Shown: in pieces, positions 20,847 to 29,446 of the stretch
Numbering within the stretch: position 1 is the first letter of the stretch
Layout: every line of letters begins with the position of its first letter
Assembly (NCBI GenBank): GCA_036265325.1
Contig: DATAPH010000029.1
Span: 41,347 to 105,346 of the forward strand
Direction of reading: 5' to 3'
DNA: 64,000 nucleotides
DNA from: Actinomycetota bacterium
Lineage (GTDB): Bacteria > Actinomycetota > UBA4738 > HRBIN12
The notes under the pieces: model-generated
What the model was told of the DNA's origin: nothing
The model's input: the letters and a program-made list of their open reading frames with translations, nothing else
The model's database searches: none
Position numbers and translations under genes: made by a program

Positions 20847-21790
20847 GGCTCGCCCGCGACGATCTCCGTGCCGGCGGTCCCGGCCAGCGCCTCGGTCGCC
20901 TGCGCGAGATCGGCGATCACCGCCCTGCTCCCGCCTTCGCCGACGAAGTGAACCGCGGCTTCTACCTTCGGACCCATCGATCCCCGCCCGAACTCACCCT
21001 TCTTCAGGAGGCGCCGGGCCTCGGCGAGGTCCATGCGCTCGATGGCCTCGGGCATGAGCGAGCCGAAGCCGCGCTGCACGCGCGGCACGTCGGTAAGGAT
21101 CAACAGCACCTCCGCGTCGACCTCGCGCGCGAGGATCGCGGCGGCCAGGTCTTTGTCGACGACGCCCTCCTTGCCGATCAGACGCGGTCCCTTCTCGATC
21201 ACCGGCACGCCGCCGCCGCCCGCGGCGATCACGATCACCCCGTCGGCGATCAACTGGCGGATCACCGGCGTCTCGACGATCGAGTACGGCTTCGGGCTCG
21301 GCACGACGCGACGCCAGCCGCCGTGCGGGTCGGGTTTGACCGCCCACCCGCGCTGCTCTTCCCGCCGGTGCGCCTGCGCCTCGGTCAGGTACGGCCCGAC
21401 GTACTTCGTCGGGTTGCGGAACGCCGGGTCCTGAGACCGCACCCGCGTGAGCGTGAGGATCGTCGTGACCGGGCGCTCCGTGCCGCGCTCGAAGAAGACG
21501 TCGCCGATGGTGACCTGGAGCAGATAGCCGATCTGGCCTTGGCTCTCGGCGCCGCAGACGTCCAACGGCATGGGGTGCACCTGCTTCGCCGCCGCCTCCT
21601 GCTGCATCAAGATCCGGCCCACCTGCGGCCCGTTGCCGTGCGTGACGACGACCTCCCAGCCGGCGGCCGCGACGTCGGCGATCCGCTCCGCAGCCGTCCG
21701 CGCGGCGGCGTACATCTCCTCGTAGGTGTCGGGCGCGCCACGGCGCAGCAGCGCGTTCCCTCCGAGGGCGATCACGACCCGGTTCATCAC
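20843..21790 (-). CDS. arcC: Carbamate kinase
   Basis: MNRVVIALGGNALL...VVTHGNGPQVG; 315 aa. Confidence 0.88.
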   Translation of the reverse strand: MMNRVVIALGGNALLRRGAPDTYEEMYAAARTAAERIADVAAAGWEVVVTHGNGPQVGRILMQQEAAAKQVHPMPLDVCGAESQGQIGYLLQVTIGDVFFERGTERPVTTILTLTRVRSQDPAFRNPTKYVGPYLTEAQAHRREEQRGWAVKPDPHGGWRRVVPSPKPYSIVETPVIRQLIADGVIVIAAGGGGVPVIEKGPRLIGKEGVVDKDLAAAILAREVDAEVLLILTDVPRVQRGFGSLMPEAIERMDLAEARRLLKKGEFGRGSMGPKVEAAVHFVGEGGSRAVIADLAQATEALAGTAGTEIVAGEP

Positions 21791-21868
21791 GTTCCTTCCT
21801 GCGCAGCGCGTCGGTGGACGAAGGTCACGATATCGGCGGTCCGCCCGGTTCCCTGGAGGAGGCGGACG

Positions 21869-22681
21869 TTAGGCGGGGTCGCCGACCCAGCGGCCGCGTT
21901 CGATCGAGCCGAACGGCTCAGCGAAATGGCTCACCCCGATCCGATAGCCATGCGATTCCGCGCGCCACAACAGCAAGCGGCGCGACGCGACGCCTAGCAG
22001 CGGGTCGTCGTCGTGCTCCGAGAACCACTCGCGCTCTGCGATCTGGATCGGCTGATGCAGCAGGTCGCCGGTCAGCAGCAAGCCCTCGTCGCGGTCGGTC
22101 AACAGCACGGCGCGGTGCCCGGGCGTGTGGCCGGGCGCGTGGATCAACCGGACCCCCGGCACGATGTCGTGGTTCGTTCCGTCGGTCCGCAGGAGACCGA
22201 GCGACTCCAGACGCTCCGCCGGCCGGATCGCGACGTACGCGTCGTCGTGCGCGCCCTCGAAGTACCGGAGGTCGGACGAGTGAAGGTGGTACGCGGCGTT
22301 CGGGAACCGCGGCTCGAGCTCCGCAGCCTCGATCCCCCCTGCGTGGTCGGCGTGCAGATGCGTGAGCGCGACGTGCGAGACGTCGGCGAGGTCTTCTTTC
22401 GCCCAGGCGTCCGCGTTCCAGTGCTCCCAGGGCCGGTAGGGCCCGAACGGTCCCGCGCCCGTGTCGACGACCACCGTTGCCTCGGGTGTTTCGACGACGA
22501 ACGCATGCACGTGCCAGGCCCACGCGTCCGTCCCGTGATACGCCCACGGATACGACCGACGTTCCGCGTCCCAGTCCACCGGCAGCCCCGGGAACTCCTC
22601 GGCGGTCGGGAGCGGAGCGAACCCTTCGCAGATCGTCCGGATCTCGAAGCGGCCCACGTGCGCAGGCGACACGTGCGTCAT
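21869..22681 (-). CDS. MBL-fold metallo-hydrolase (start moved to ATG 22681)
   Basis: HLHADHAGG (HxHxDH) and HTPGH. The 67-aa Arg-rich extension in the ORF track overlaps mobA. Confidence 0.8.
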   Translation of the reverse strand: MTHVSPAHVGRFEIRTICEGFAPLPTAEEFPGLPVDWDAERRSYPWAYHGTDAWAWHVHAFVVETPEATVVVDTGAGPFGPYRPWEHWNADAWAKEDLADVSHVALTHLHADHAGGIEAAELEPRFPNAAYHLHSSDLRYFEGAHDDAYVAIRPAERLESLGLLRTDGTNHDIVPGVRLIHAPGHTPGHRAVLLTDRDEGLLLTGDLLHQPIQIAEREWFSEHDDDPLLGVASRRLLLWRAESHGYRIGVSHFAEPFGSIERGRWVGDPA

Positions 22682-22692
22682 GGCCACGGAGC

Positions 22693-23301
22693 CTACCCGG
22701 AGCGGTCGCCCTGCCCCTGGAGGTCGCCCGGTTCGTCGATGTCGCGGAGCGTCAACCGGCCCGGGTCGAGCGCCGTCCACGTCGCCTCGTCGATCACGGC
22801 GGTGCGCAGCGAGTCGAGCGCGTCGCGCAACCGGCGACGGCCTGCATGCAGGAGGGCGTGTACCGCGTCGGCGGCCGGCCACGTGCGAAGCGCGATCGGC
22901 AACGGACGAGGCCGGTCGCCATCGGCAAGCGCAGCGGCCTCGACGCTCGCCTCGTCGAGCGTGTCGAGCAAGAGCCGAAGGACCGAGGGCTGGAGCTCGG
23001 GCATGTCCCCGCCCGCAACGAGCACCTGGTCGGTTCGGACCGCAGCGAGGAGCCCCGTGTGCAACCCGGCGAGCGGCCCCTCGCCTTCCTGCAGATCGTG
23101 CGTCACCGTCACGTCGTCCGGGAGGTCCTCCCGTTCGACGCCGGGAGGGACGACGACAATCACGCCGTCGGTGACGGCCGCGACGGCATCGACCGCGCGG
23201 CGAACCAGCGGCACGCCGTCCAGCGACGCACCGAGCTTGTCCGATCCGAACCGGGTAGAGCGTCCGCCGGCGAGCACGATGCCGCTACGGAGCGGCGGCA
23301 T
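22693..23301 (-). CDS. mobA: Molybdenum cofactor guanylyltransferase
   Basis: GIVLAGGRSTRFGSDKL...LVAGGDMP. Lies directly downstream of the FDH genes. Confidence 0.85.
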   Translation of the reverse strand: MPPLRSGIVLAGGRSTRFGSDKLGASLDGVPLVRRAVDAVAAVTDGVIVVVPPGVEREDLPDDVTVTHDLQEGEGPLAGLHTGLLAAVRTDQVLVAGGDMPELQPSVLRLLLDTLDEASVEAAALADGDRPRPLPIALRTWPAADAVHALLHAGRRRLRDALDSLRTAVIDEATWTALDPGRLTLRDIDEPGDLQGQGDRSG

Positions 23302-24244
23302 CGTCCCGGCGCTTCCGCCGCTGCACGAACTGGAAGCCGAACCGTCCCTTGACGCACAGATGGCCGTGCGTCACGAACTGGTCGGCCGGCGAGCCGACCT
23401 TCACGATCGTGTTGTCCTGGACGTGCACCTCGAGCTCGCACCCCACGCCGCAATACGGGCAGATCGTGTTGGTGACGGTCTGCGCGGACTCATCCCAGGT
23501 CCCCGCCTCGCGCATGTCGTGTTCGCTCTTGAACATCAGCGCGCCCGTCGGGCAGACACCGATGCAATTGCCGCAGTAGACGCACGCGCTCGCGTCCAGC
23601 GGCACCGCGTACTCGGTCGAGATGCGGGCATCGAACCCGCGCCCTGCCACCGCGATGGCGAACGTGTGCTGCGCGTCGGTGCCGCACGCCTCGACGCACT
23701 TGTAGCAGAGCACGCAGCGTCCGTAGTCGCGCACGTAGAGATCGTTGTCGATCTTGACCGGCTGCTCGACCGTCTCCGCCACGGTTGGGTCGGGATCGTG
23801 GTGGTGGCCCGGCTCACGCCCGTCGCGCTCCCCCGCCGGCATCGGCTCCATCGCGGGGCCGAACCGCTCCGGGTCCGCCGCGTACTCGTCCTGCCACCGG
23901 TGCCAGTCCTCGTTCGCGAGCGACGTGTCCACGCTCGAACCGAGGAACTCCATGACGAGCTTCCGGGAATGCCGCACGCGCTCGGTGTCGGTCGAGATCC
24001 TCATTCCGGCCTCGGCCCGGCGCGAGCATGCGGGCACGAGCACCCGCGAGCCCTCCACCTCGACGACGCACACCCGGCATGCGTTGATCGGCGTCAAGTT
24101 GTCGGCGTAGCACATCGTCGGCGTGTCGACGCCGGTCGCGCGGCACGCGTCGAGGATCGTCGAGCCTTCGGGGACACGCACCGTCGTCCCGTCGATCTCG
24201 ACGTCCATCAACTTCCGTGGGGTTTCGACCGGGATGGTGCTCAT
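23285..24244 (-). CDS. Formate dehydrogenase alpha, N-terminal Fe-S module only (2Fe-2S, 4Fe-4S clusters and the Mo/W-bis-MGD-type 4Fe-4S domain)
   Basis: NuoG-like CRVCVVEV; ferredoxin motifs CVLCYKCVEAC and CVYCGNCIGVCPTGAL. It ends with CPYCGVGCELEV...LCVKGRFGFQFVQ, then stops where the molybdopterin domain normally begins. ATGA overlap with the upstream gene. Confidence 0.85.
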   Translation of the reverse strand: MSTIPVETPRKLMDVEIDGTTVRVPEGSTILDACRATGVDTPTMCYADNLTPINACRVCVVEVEGSRVLVPACSRRAEAGMRISTDTERVRHSRKLVMEFLGSSVDTSLANEDWHRWQDEYAADPERFGPAMEPMPAGERDGREPGHHHDPDPTVAETVEQPVKIDNDLYVRDYGRCVLCYKCVEACGTDAQHTFAIAVAGRGFDARISTEYAVPLDASACVYCGNCIGVCPTGALMFKSEHDMREAGTWDESAQTVTNTICPYCGVGCELEVHVQDNTIVKVGSPADQFVTHGHLCVKGRFGFQFVQRRKRRDDAAAP

Positions 24245-26082
24245 GCGGTCGCCTCCCCGTCGAACAGGCCGAACGTCGCGATCGCCGACTGAACCGCGCT
24301 CGCGGCTGTCTGGCCCAGCCCGCAGATCGACGCGTCCCGCATGACGGCAGCGACGTCGCCGAGGAGCGCGACTTCATCGGCGATCGAGCCGATCGTTCGG
24401 CCGATCACAAGTCGGTGTAGAGCCTCCTCCTGTCGAACCGTGCCGACACGACATGGCACACATTGCCCGCAACTCTCGTCTCGGAAGAAGCGCGCGATCC
24501 GCAGGCACAGGTCGACGAGGTCGGCGTCCTCGTCGAGGACCATCACGACGCCGGAGCCAAGCGTGTAGCCACCGGCGCGGGCGTCCTCGAACGTGAGGCG
24601 AGCGTCGAGCCGGTCGGGCCCCACGAACCCGCCTGCGGCTCCCCCGAGCAAGATGGCCTTGATCGTGTTGCCGCCGCGAACGCCGCCGGCCGCCTCGATC
24701 ACCTCGCTGAGCGTGACGCCGTGCGGATGTTCATACACGCCAGGCCGCGCGACGTGGCCGGACAGACAGAACAACCGCGTTCCGGTGGAGTCGGCCGTGC
24801 CCACCGACGCGTACTCGTCGACGCCGAGGTTGAGGATGGGAAGCACGTTGATCAGCGTCTCGACGTTGTTGATCGACGTGGGCTTGCCGAACACGCCGTG
24901 CGTCACCGGGAACGGCGGCTTGTTCCGAGGCTCACCGCGCTTGCCTTCGATCGAGTTGAACAGCGCCGTCTCTTCCCCGCAGATGTAGGCGCCGGCGCCG
25001 CGTCGGAGCTCGATGTCGAATGACCGACCGGGTCCGAACACACCGGCGCCGAGCAGACCGGCGTCACGCGCCTCTTCGATCGCCTTCGACACCCGTTGCG
25101 TCGCGAGCGGATATTCGCCCCGGATGTAGAGATATCCCTGCTCCGCGCCGGTCGCGAACCCGGCGATGGTGAGCGCCTCGATCACCGCGAACGGATCGCG
25201 TTCCATCACCACCCGGTCCTTGAACGTGCCGGGCTCCGACTCGTCGGCGTTGCAGATCACGTACTTCGGGGTCACGCGTTGATCCGCAACACCGGTCCAC
25301 TTCACGCCCGTTGGGAACGCCGCGCCGCCTCGGCCCAACAGCTTCGCCGCGGTGACGAGTTGGATCACCTCGGCCCCGCCGAGCTCGAGCGCACGCGGCA
25401 GGGCCGTGTACCCGCCGAGCGCGCGGTAGCCCTCGAGCGACGTGGCGGAGGGATCGCCAACGCGGGCGAGCAACCGGTCTCCCGCGTAGACGGGCTCTCG
25501 CGGGACGCTCGTGTAGGCGACCGCGCCCTCGATCCGCTGGTCACGTATCGCCTGCATCACCCGCGGCGGACTCGCCGCGACGTCTGTCAGGACGACGTCG
25601 TCACGCGACTCCCCCGCCCGCTGAACCAGCGCGGCGGGGGCGCGCTCGCACTGCCCGAGACACGGGCTCGAGACCACCACGGCCTCCTCCGGATGCACGT
25701 CGCGCCGACATGCGTCGAGCAGCTCACGGCCTCCTGCGACACGACACGCGAGGTCGTCGCACACGTGAACCACGGTCGGTGCCCGTTCCTCGAGACTGAA
25801 CATCGCGTAGAACGTCGCGACGCCATAGGCCTCCGCGGGCGGGACGGTCAGACGCTCGCAGACATAGTTGAGGCCACCCTCGCTGACCCACCCGACGGCG
25901 CCCTGCAGTGCGTGCAATGCCGGCAGCAGCAACGTCCGCCGGTCCTCGGGGGCGCGAGACACGCGAAGATCGGCCGAGGTCCGCGCGCCGCCCTCCCAAC
26001 TCGTCTCGGGCGGACCGAGAAGTGCGTCGACGGCAGCTCGTTCGGCGGGGGCCGCCTCCGCCGTCATGAGGTGGAGATCCAC
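24241..26082 (-). CDS. NuoE-NuoF fusion (NAD-reducing diaphorase subunit of formate dehydrogenase, FdsG/FdsB-like)
   Basis: NuoE-type 2Fe-2S region (HVCDDLACR...SPCLGQCERAP). NuoF motifs GRGGAAFPTGVKW, ICNADESEPGTFKDR and ESCGQCVPCRVGT. The GTG start lies 1 nt after the upstream stop. Confidence 0.9.
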   Translation of the reverse strand: MDLHLMTAEAAPAERAAVDALLGPPETSWEGGARTSADLRVSRAPEDRRTLLLPALHALQGAVGWVSEGGLNYVCERLTVPPAEAYGVATFYAMFSLEERAPTVVHVCDDLACRVAGGRELLDACRRDVHPEEAVVVSSPCLGQCERAPAALVQRAGESRDDVVLTDVAASPPRVMQAIRDQRIEGAVAYTSVPREPVYAGDRLLARVGDPSATSLEGYRALGGYTALPRALELGGAEVIQLVTAAKLLGRGGAAFPTGVKWTGVADQRVTPKYVICNADESEPGTFKDRVVMERDPFAVIEALTIAGFATGAEQGYLYIRGEYPLATQRVSKAIEEARDAGLLGAGVFGPGRSFDIELRRGAGAYICGEETALFNSIEGKRGEPRNKPPFPVTHGVFGKPTSINNVETLINVLPILNLGVDEYASVGTADSTGTRLFCLSGHVARPGVYEHPHGVTLSEVIEAAGGVRGGNTIKAILLGGAAGGFVGPDRLDARLTFEDARAGGYTLGSGVVMVLDEDADLVDLCLRIARFFRDESCGQCVPCRVGTVRQEEALHRLVIGRTIGSIADEVALLGDVAAVMRDASICGLGQTAASAVQSAIATFGLFDGEATA

Positions 26083-26083
26083 G

Positions 26084-28009
26084 CTAGGAGGCTACCTCCG
26101 CGCCGTGCCCGTTCAGCTTCTCCACACGGATCGCGGTCGCCTTGAACTCGGCGGTGCCGGACTTCGGGTCGGTCGCCTCGATCGTCAGCCGGTTGGTCTC
26201 GACCTCGTCCGGGAAGTGCATCGTCATGAACGCGAGCCCTGGCCGAAGGGCGCTGGAGACGTGCACCGGCGCGACGACCTCCCCGCGGCGCGACGACACG
26301 AGCACCTGCTCGCCTTCGACGAGCCCGAGTGCCTCGGCGTCTTCCTGCGAAAGCTCGACCGACTCGGGACGTCGCAGCGGCGAGGTGTACGCGTTGGTCT
26401 GCACGCCGGTGTTGTAGGAATCGAGCCGCCGTCCCGTCGTCAGCCGGATCGGGAACTGCTCGGTCAGCTCGTCCACCGGCGGCTCATCGTCGACCACGCT
26501 GAACGGCGCCGGGCGCAACCGCTCGTCCGGATCCTCAGACCACAGGCGCGCGTGCAGGTACTGCGTCCCCGGGTGGTCGACGTCCCAGCACGGCCATTGC
26601 GCGCCGCCCATCTGGTCCAGCCGCTCCCATGTCATCCCCTGGTGCATCGGCGAGAGCGACCGCAGCTCGTCCCACGCCTCGCGCGGCGTGAGGTCTCCCC
26701 ACTCGTACCCGAGGCGCTTCGCGAGCTGGGCGATGATCCAGATGTCGTCCTTGGCCTCACCGGGCGGATCGAGCGCCTTGCGGACCCGCTGCACCCGTCG
26801 CTCGGAGTTGGTGACGGTTCCCTCGGACTCGAACGCCGAATTCGACGCCGGCAACACGACATCGGCGATCTCTGCGGTCTTCGTCATGAAGATGTCCTGC
26901 ACGATCAGCGTGTCGAGGTTCTCCAGCAGCTTGGTCGCGTGCTGGCTGTCCGCCTCCGAGCTGACTGGGTTCTCACCGATGCAGTAGATCGCGGTCAGCT
27001 CGCCCTCTTCCATCGCGTGGAACATCTCGCTGAGATGCCAGCCGTACCGCGGGATGATCTCGGTGTCCCACGCAGCGTTGAATCGCGCCCGTGCGTCGTT
27101 ATCGCGGATGATGTCCTGGAAGCCCGGGAGCTTGTTCGGGATCGCGCCCATGTCGCCGCCGCCCTGCACATTGTTCTGGCCGCGCAGCGGGTTCAACCCG
27201 CTCCCGTACGTGCCGACGTGACCGGTCAGCAAGGCGAGGTTGATCAGCGCCAGGACGTTGTCAGTACCGTTGTGGTGTTCCGTGATGCCGAGCGTCCAGC
27301 AGATCATGGCCCGGTCGGCCTTCGCGTACCGGTGCGCGACCTCGCGGATCACCTCGGCGGGGATGCCCGTCACCGCCGCGCCGCGCTCGAGCGTCCAATC
27401 TGCCACGCTCTCGGCGTATTCCTCGAAGTTCTCCGTCCCCCGCTCGATGAACGTACGGTCGTGTAGGTCGCTCGCGATGATCTCGCGGGCGATCGTGTTC
27501 GACAGTGCGACATCCGTGCCCACATCGATGCCCAACCAGAGATCGGCGAACGCCGCGGACTCCGTGCGGCGAGGGTCGACCACGATCAGCTCGGTGCCGC
27601 TCTCGATCCCGCGCAGGACATGGTGGAAGAAGATGGGGTGCGCGGCGCGCGCGTTCGAACCCCACATCAGGATGAGGTCGGTGTGCTCGACCTCTTCGTA
27701 TGAGCTGGTACCGCCACCGGCACCGAAGACGGTCGCCAGACCGGCGACCGAAGGTGCGTGTCAGGTGCGGTTGCAGCTATCGATGTTGTTGGTTCCAAGG
27801 ACCTGACGAGCGAACTTCTGCGCAACGAAGTTCATCTCGTTGGTGGCCTTCGAACAGCTGAAGATCCCCGCTCCCCAGCCGGGGTTGCGATCCATCGCGT
27901 GGCGCAGCCCCTCGGCGGCCCGGGCCAGGGCCTCGTCCCAGGTGGCGGTGCGCAGCTCGCCGTGCTCGCGAACCATCGGCTCGGTTAGCCGGGTCATCGT
28001 TGCAGACAT
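26084..28009 (-). CDS. fdhA: Formate dehydrogenase catalytic (molybdopterin) subunit, selenocysteine-containing. It joins ORF-track entries 27761..28009 and 26084..27667 across an in-frame TGA.
   Basis: Both ORFs share one frame (1926 nt = 642 codons). Read-through gives GTNNIDSCNRT-U-HAPSVAGLATVFGAGGGTSSYEEVEHTDLILMWGSNARAAHP. This matches the FdhF active-site block GTNNVDCCARV-U-HGPSVAGL. Confidence 0.85.
27717..27754 (-). other. Bacterial SECIS-like hairpin 3' of the UGA
   Basis: mRNA reads UGA CAC GCA CCU UCG GUC GCC GGU CUG GCG ACC GUC UUC GGU GC. Apical stem GGUCGCC/GGCGACC with a GGUCU loop; lower stem GCACC/GGUGC. The GGUCUG sits at the same codon offset as in the E. coli fdhF SECIS (from memory). 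Confidence 0.7.
27758..27760 (-). other. In-frame UGA recoded as selenocysteine
   Basis: TGA sits at the exact position of the catalytic Sec/Cys of formate dehydrogenases (..CNRT-U-HAPSV..). Confidence 0.8.
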
Positions 28010-28130
28010 CGATGCAGGCTCTCCTTCCTCCGGACGTTCGGATGTGCGTATCGTACGACCGGGTCAGCCGGCGTCGGGAACGGCGTCTGGCGGACGTGCT
28101 GACCAACGTTCAGCTGCGAGGGAGGTGCTC

Positions 28131-28589
28131 ATGAAGCTCGCCGAAGCGCTCCAGCTCCGGTCCGACGTCCAGAAGCGGATCCAACAGCTCCGACAGCGGA
28201 TCGCGCTGAGCGCACGCACGCAGGAGGGCGAGCAGCCCGCCGAGGACCCGAACGCGCTGCTGGCCGAGGTCGCCGGGCTGACCGACCAGCTCGAGTCGCT
28301 GATCACCGCGATCAACCGGACGAACGTCCGCACCGAGCTCGAGCCGGGCCTCTCGATGACCGATGCGCTCGCGCGGCGCGACGTGCTGCACCTCCGGCGC
28401 TCGATCTGGGTGGAGGCCGCCGGGAATGCATCGGTCCGTCAGGACCGGTACTCACGCTCCGAGGTTCGGTTCATGACCCCGCTCGACGTGGCGGCGCTGC
28501 ATCGCGAGGCGGACGAGCTGGCCAAGCGCGCTCGCGAGCTCGACGCCAAGATCCAGCAGGCGAACTGGAACACCGACCTGGAGGGCTGA
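28131..28589 (+). CDS. Small coiled-coil protein, DIP1984-family-like (start moved to ATG 28131)
   Basis: GAGGGAGG RBS upstream. The N-terminus MKLAEALQLRSDVQKRIQQLRQRI...EGEQPAEDPNALL resembles the DIP1984 family as I recall it. Confidence 0.65.
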   Translation: MKLAEALQLRSDVQKRIQQLRQRIALSARTQEGEQPAEDPNALLAEVAGLTDQLESLITAINRTNVRTELEPGLSMTDALARRDVLHLRRSIWVEAAGNASVRQDRYSRSEVRFMTPLDVAALHREADELAKRARELDAKIQQANWNTDLEG

Positions 28590-28670
28590 TCGGAAGTCGG
28601 TAGGTGTGGTGGAGAGGGCGTGACGCAACCGGCTCCCCGAGCCAGGCGGTTTCGGTCAGGGGCGGCCGAT

Positions 28671-28687
28671 GCGGGTTCGAATCCCGC
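28671..28687 (+). other. tRNA T-arm-like element (GCGGG-TTCGAAT-CCCGC) without a foldable cloverleaf
   Basis: The canonical GGTTCGAATCC T-loop consensus sits inside a 215-bp convergent intergenic region. I could pair no acceptor, D or anticodon arm by hand. Confidence 0.35.
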
Positions 28688-28804
28688 GAGTGACGCACGA
28701 AGCCCAGCACGGCGTACAGCTGCACGGGGCATCGGGCACCGAGCACGACCGAGCGTCGACTCGAGACCGCACCGAGGGTGGGAACGGGGATCTTCCGAAG
28801 GTGA

Positions 28805-29368
28805 TCAGCGGCCACCGAGCTCGCGATACCGGAAGCACGACGTGACGTGGTCGTTGACCAGGCCGACGGCCTGCATGAGGGAATAGCACACCGTCGGCCC
28901 AACGAACCGGAACCCCTGCCGCCTGAGCTCCTTCGACATCGTGCGCGACACGTCGGTCTCCGCGGGGATCGTGCCGACGCCGCGCCGCTTCCCGATCACG
29001 GGCGACCGGTTAACGAACGACCACAGCAGCTCGTCAAGCGACCCGTCGAGCGCCGCGATGGCCCGCGCGTTGGCGACGGTCGACTCCACCTTCAAACGGT
29101 TCCGCACGATCGAGGGATCGGTGAGCACGCGCTCGACCTTCGCCGGGGTGAATCTCGCCACCTTCGCGGCATCGAAGCCGGCGAACGCGTTCCGGTAGCC
29201 GTCGCGCTTGTACAGGATGGTCCGCCACGACAGACCGGCCTGTGCGCCCTCGAGGGTGAGCATCTCGAACAGGTGCCGCTCGTCGTGGCTCGGCACGCCC
29301 CATTCTTCGTCGTGATAAGCGAGGTACCGATCGTCGCCGAGCGGCACCCACGCGCATCGATCGGGCAC
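28805..29368 (-). CDS. tag: DNA-3-methyladenine glycosylase I
   Basis: RCAWVP..DDRYLAYHDEEWGVP...FEMLTLEGAQAGLSW...NDHVTSC. GTG 29368 gives a 187-aa product, the typical Tag size. Confidence 0.88.
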   Translation of the reverse strand: MPDRCAWVPLGDDRYLAYHDEEWGVPSHDERHLFEMLTLEGAQAGLSWRTILYKRDGYRNAFAGFDAAKVARFTPAKVERVLTDPSIVRNRLKVESTVANARAIAALDGSLDELLWSFVNRSPVIGKRRGVGTIPAETDVSRTMSKELRRQGFRFVGPTVCYSLMQAVGLVNDHVTSCFRYRELGGR

Positions 29369-29446
29369 GGTTCGGGAGCCTAGCCAGGTGGACCGGCATG
29401 CGGCCGCCGAGCCATGATGCGGCCAGATGTTGGAGGATGCACCGTG

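Noticed and set aside
17608-27466. Long ORFs on the opposite strand or in another frame across real genes: 17608..19359, 20135..21997, 22013..24292 and 25868..27466. The same class occurs at 5062..6819, 34497..36206, 40469..42337, 50443..52260 and 58144..59871.
   Set aside because: Each lies opposite a gene with strong family motifs. Their translations are dominated by R, A, G, P and D with no motifs. In DNA this GC-rich, stop codons are rare in all frames, so length alone is not evidence.
28592-28696. tRNA-Sec (selC) or another complete tRNA around the T-arm-like element
   Set aside because: The 5' GGAAGTCG does not pair with the sequence following the T-stem (GAGTGACG). The only TCA triplet is preceded by G, not U33, and its flanks do not form an anticodon stem. 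No D-arm could be drawn on either strand. The element is kept as an unexplained fragment, not called as a tRNA.
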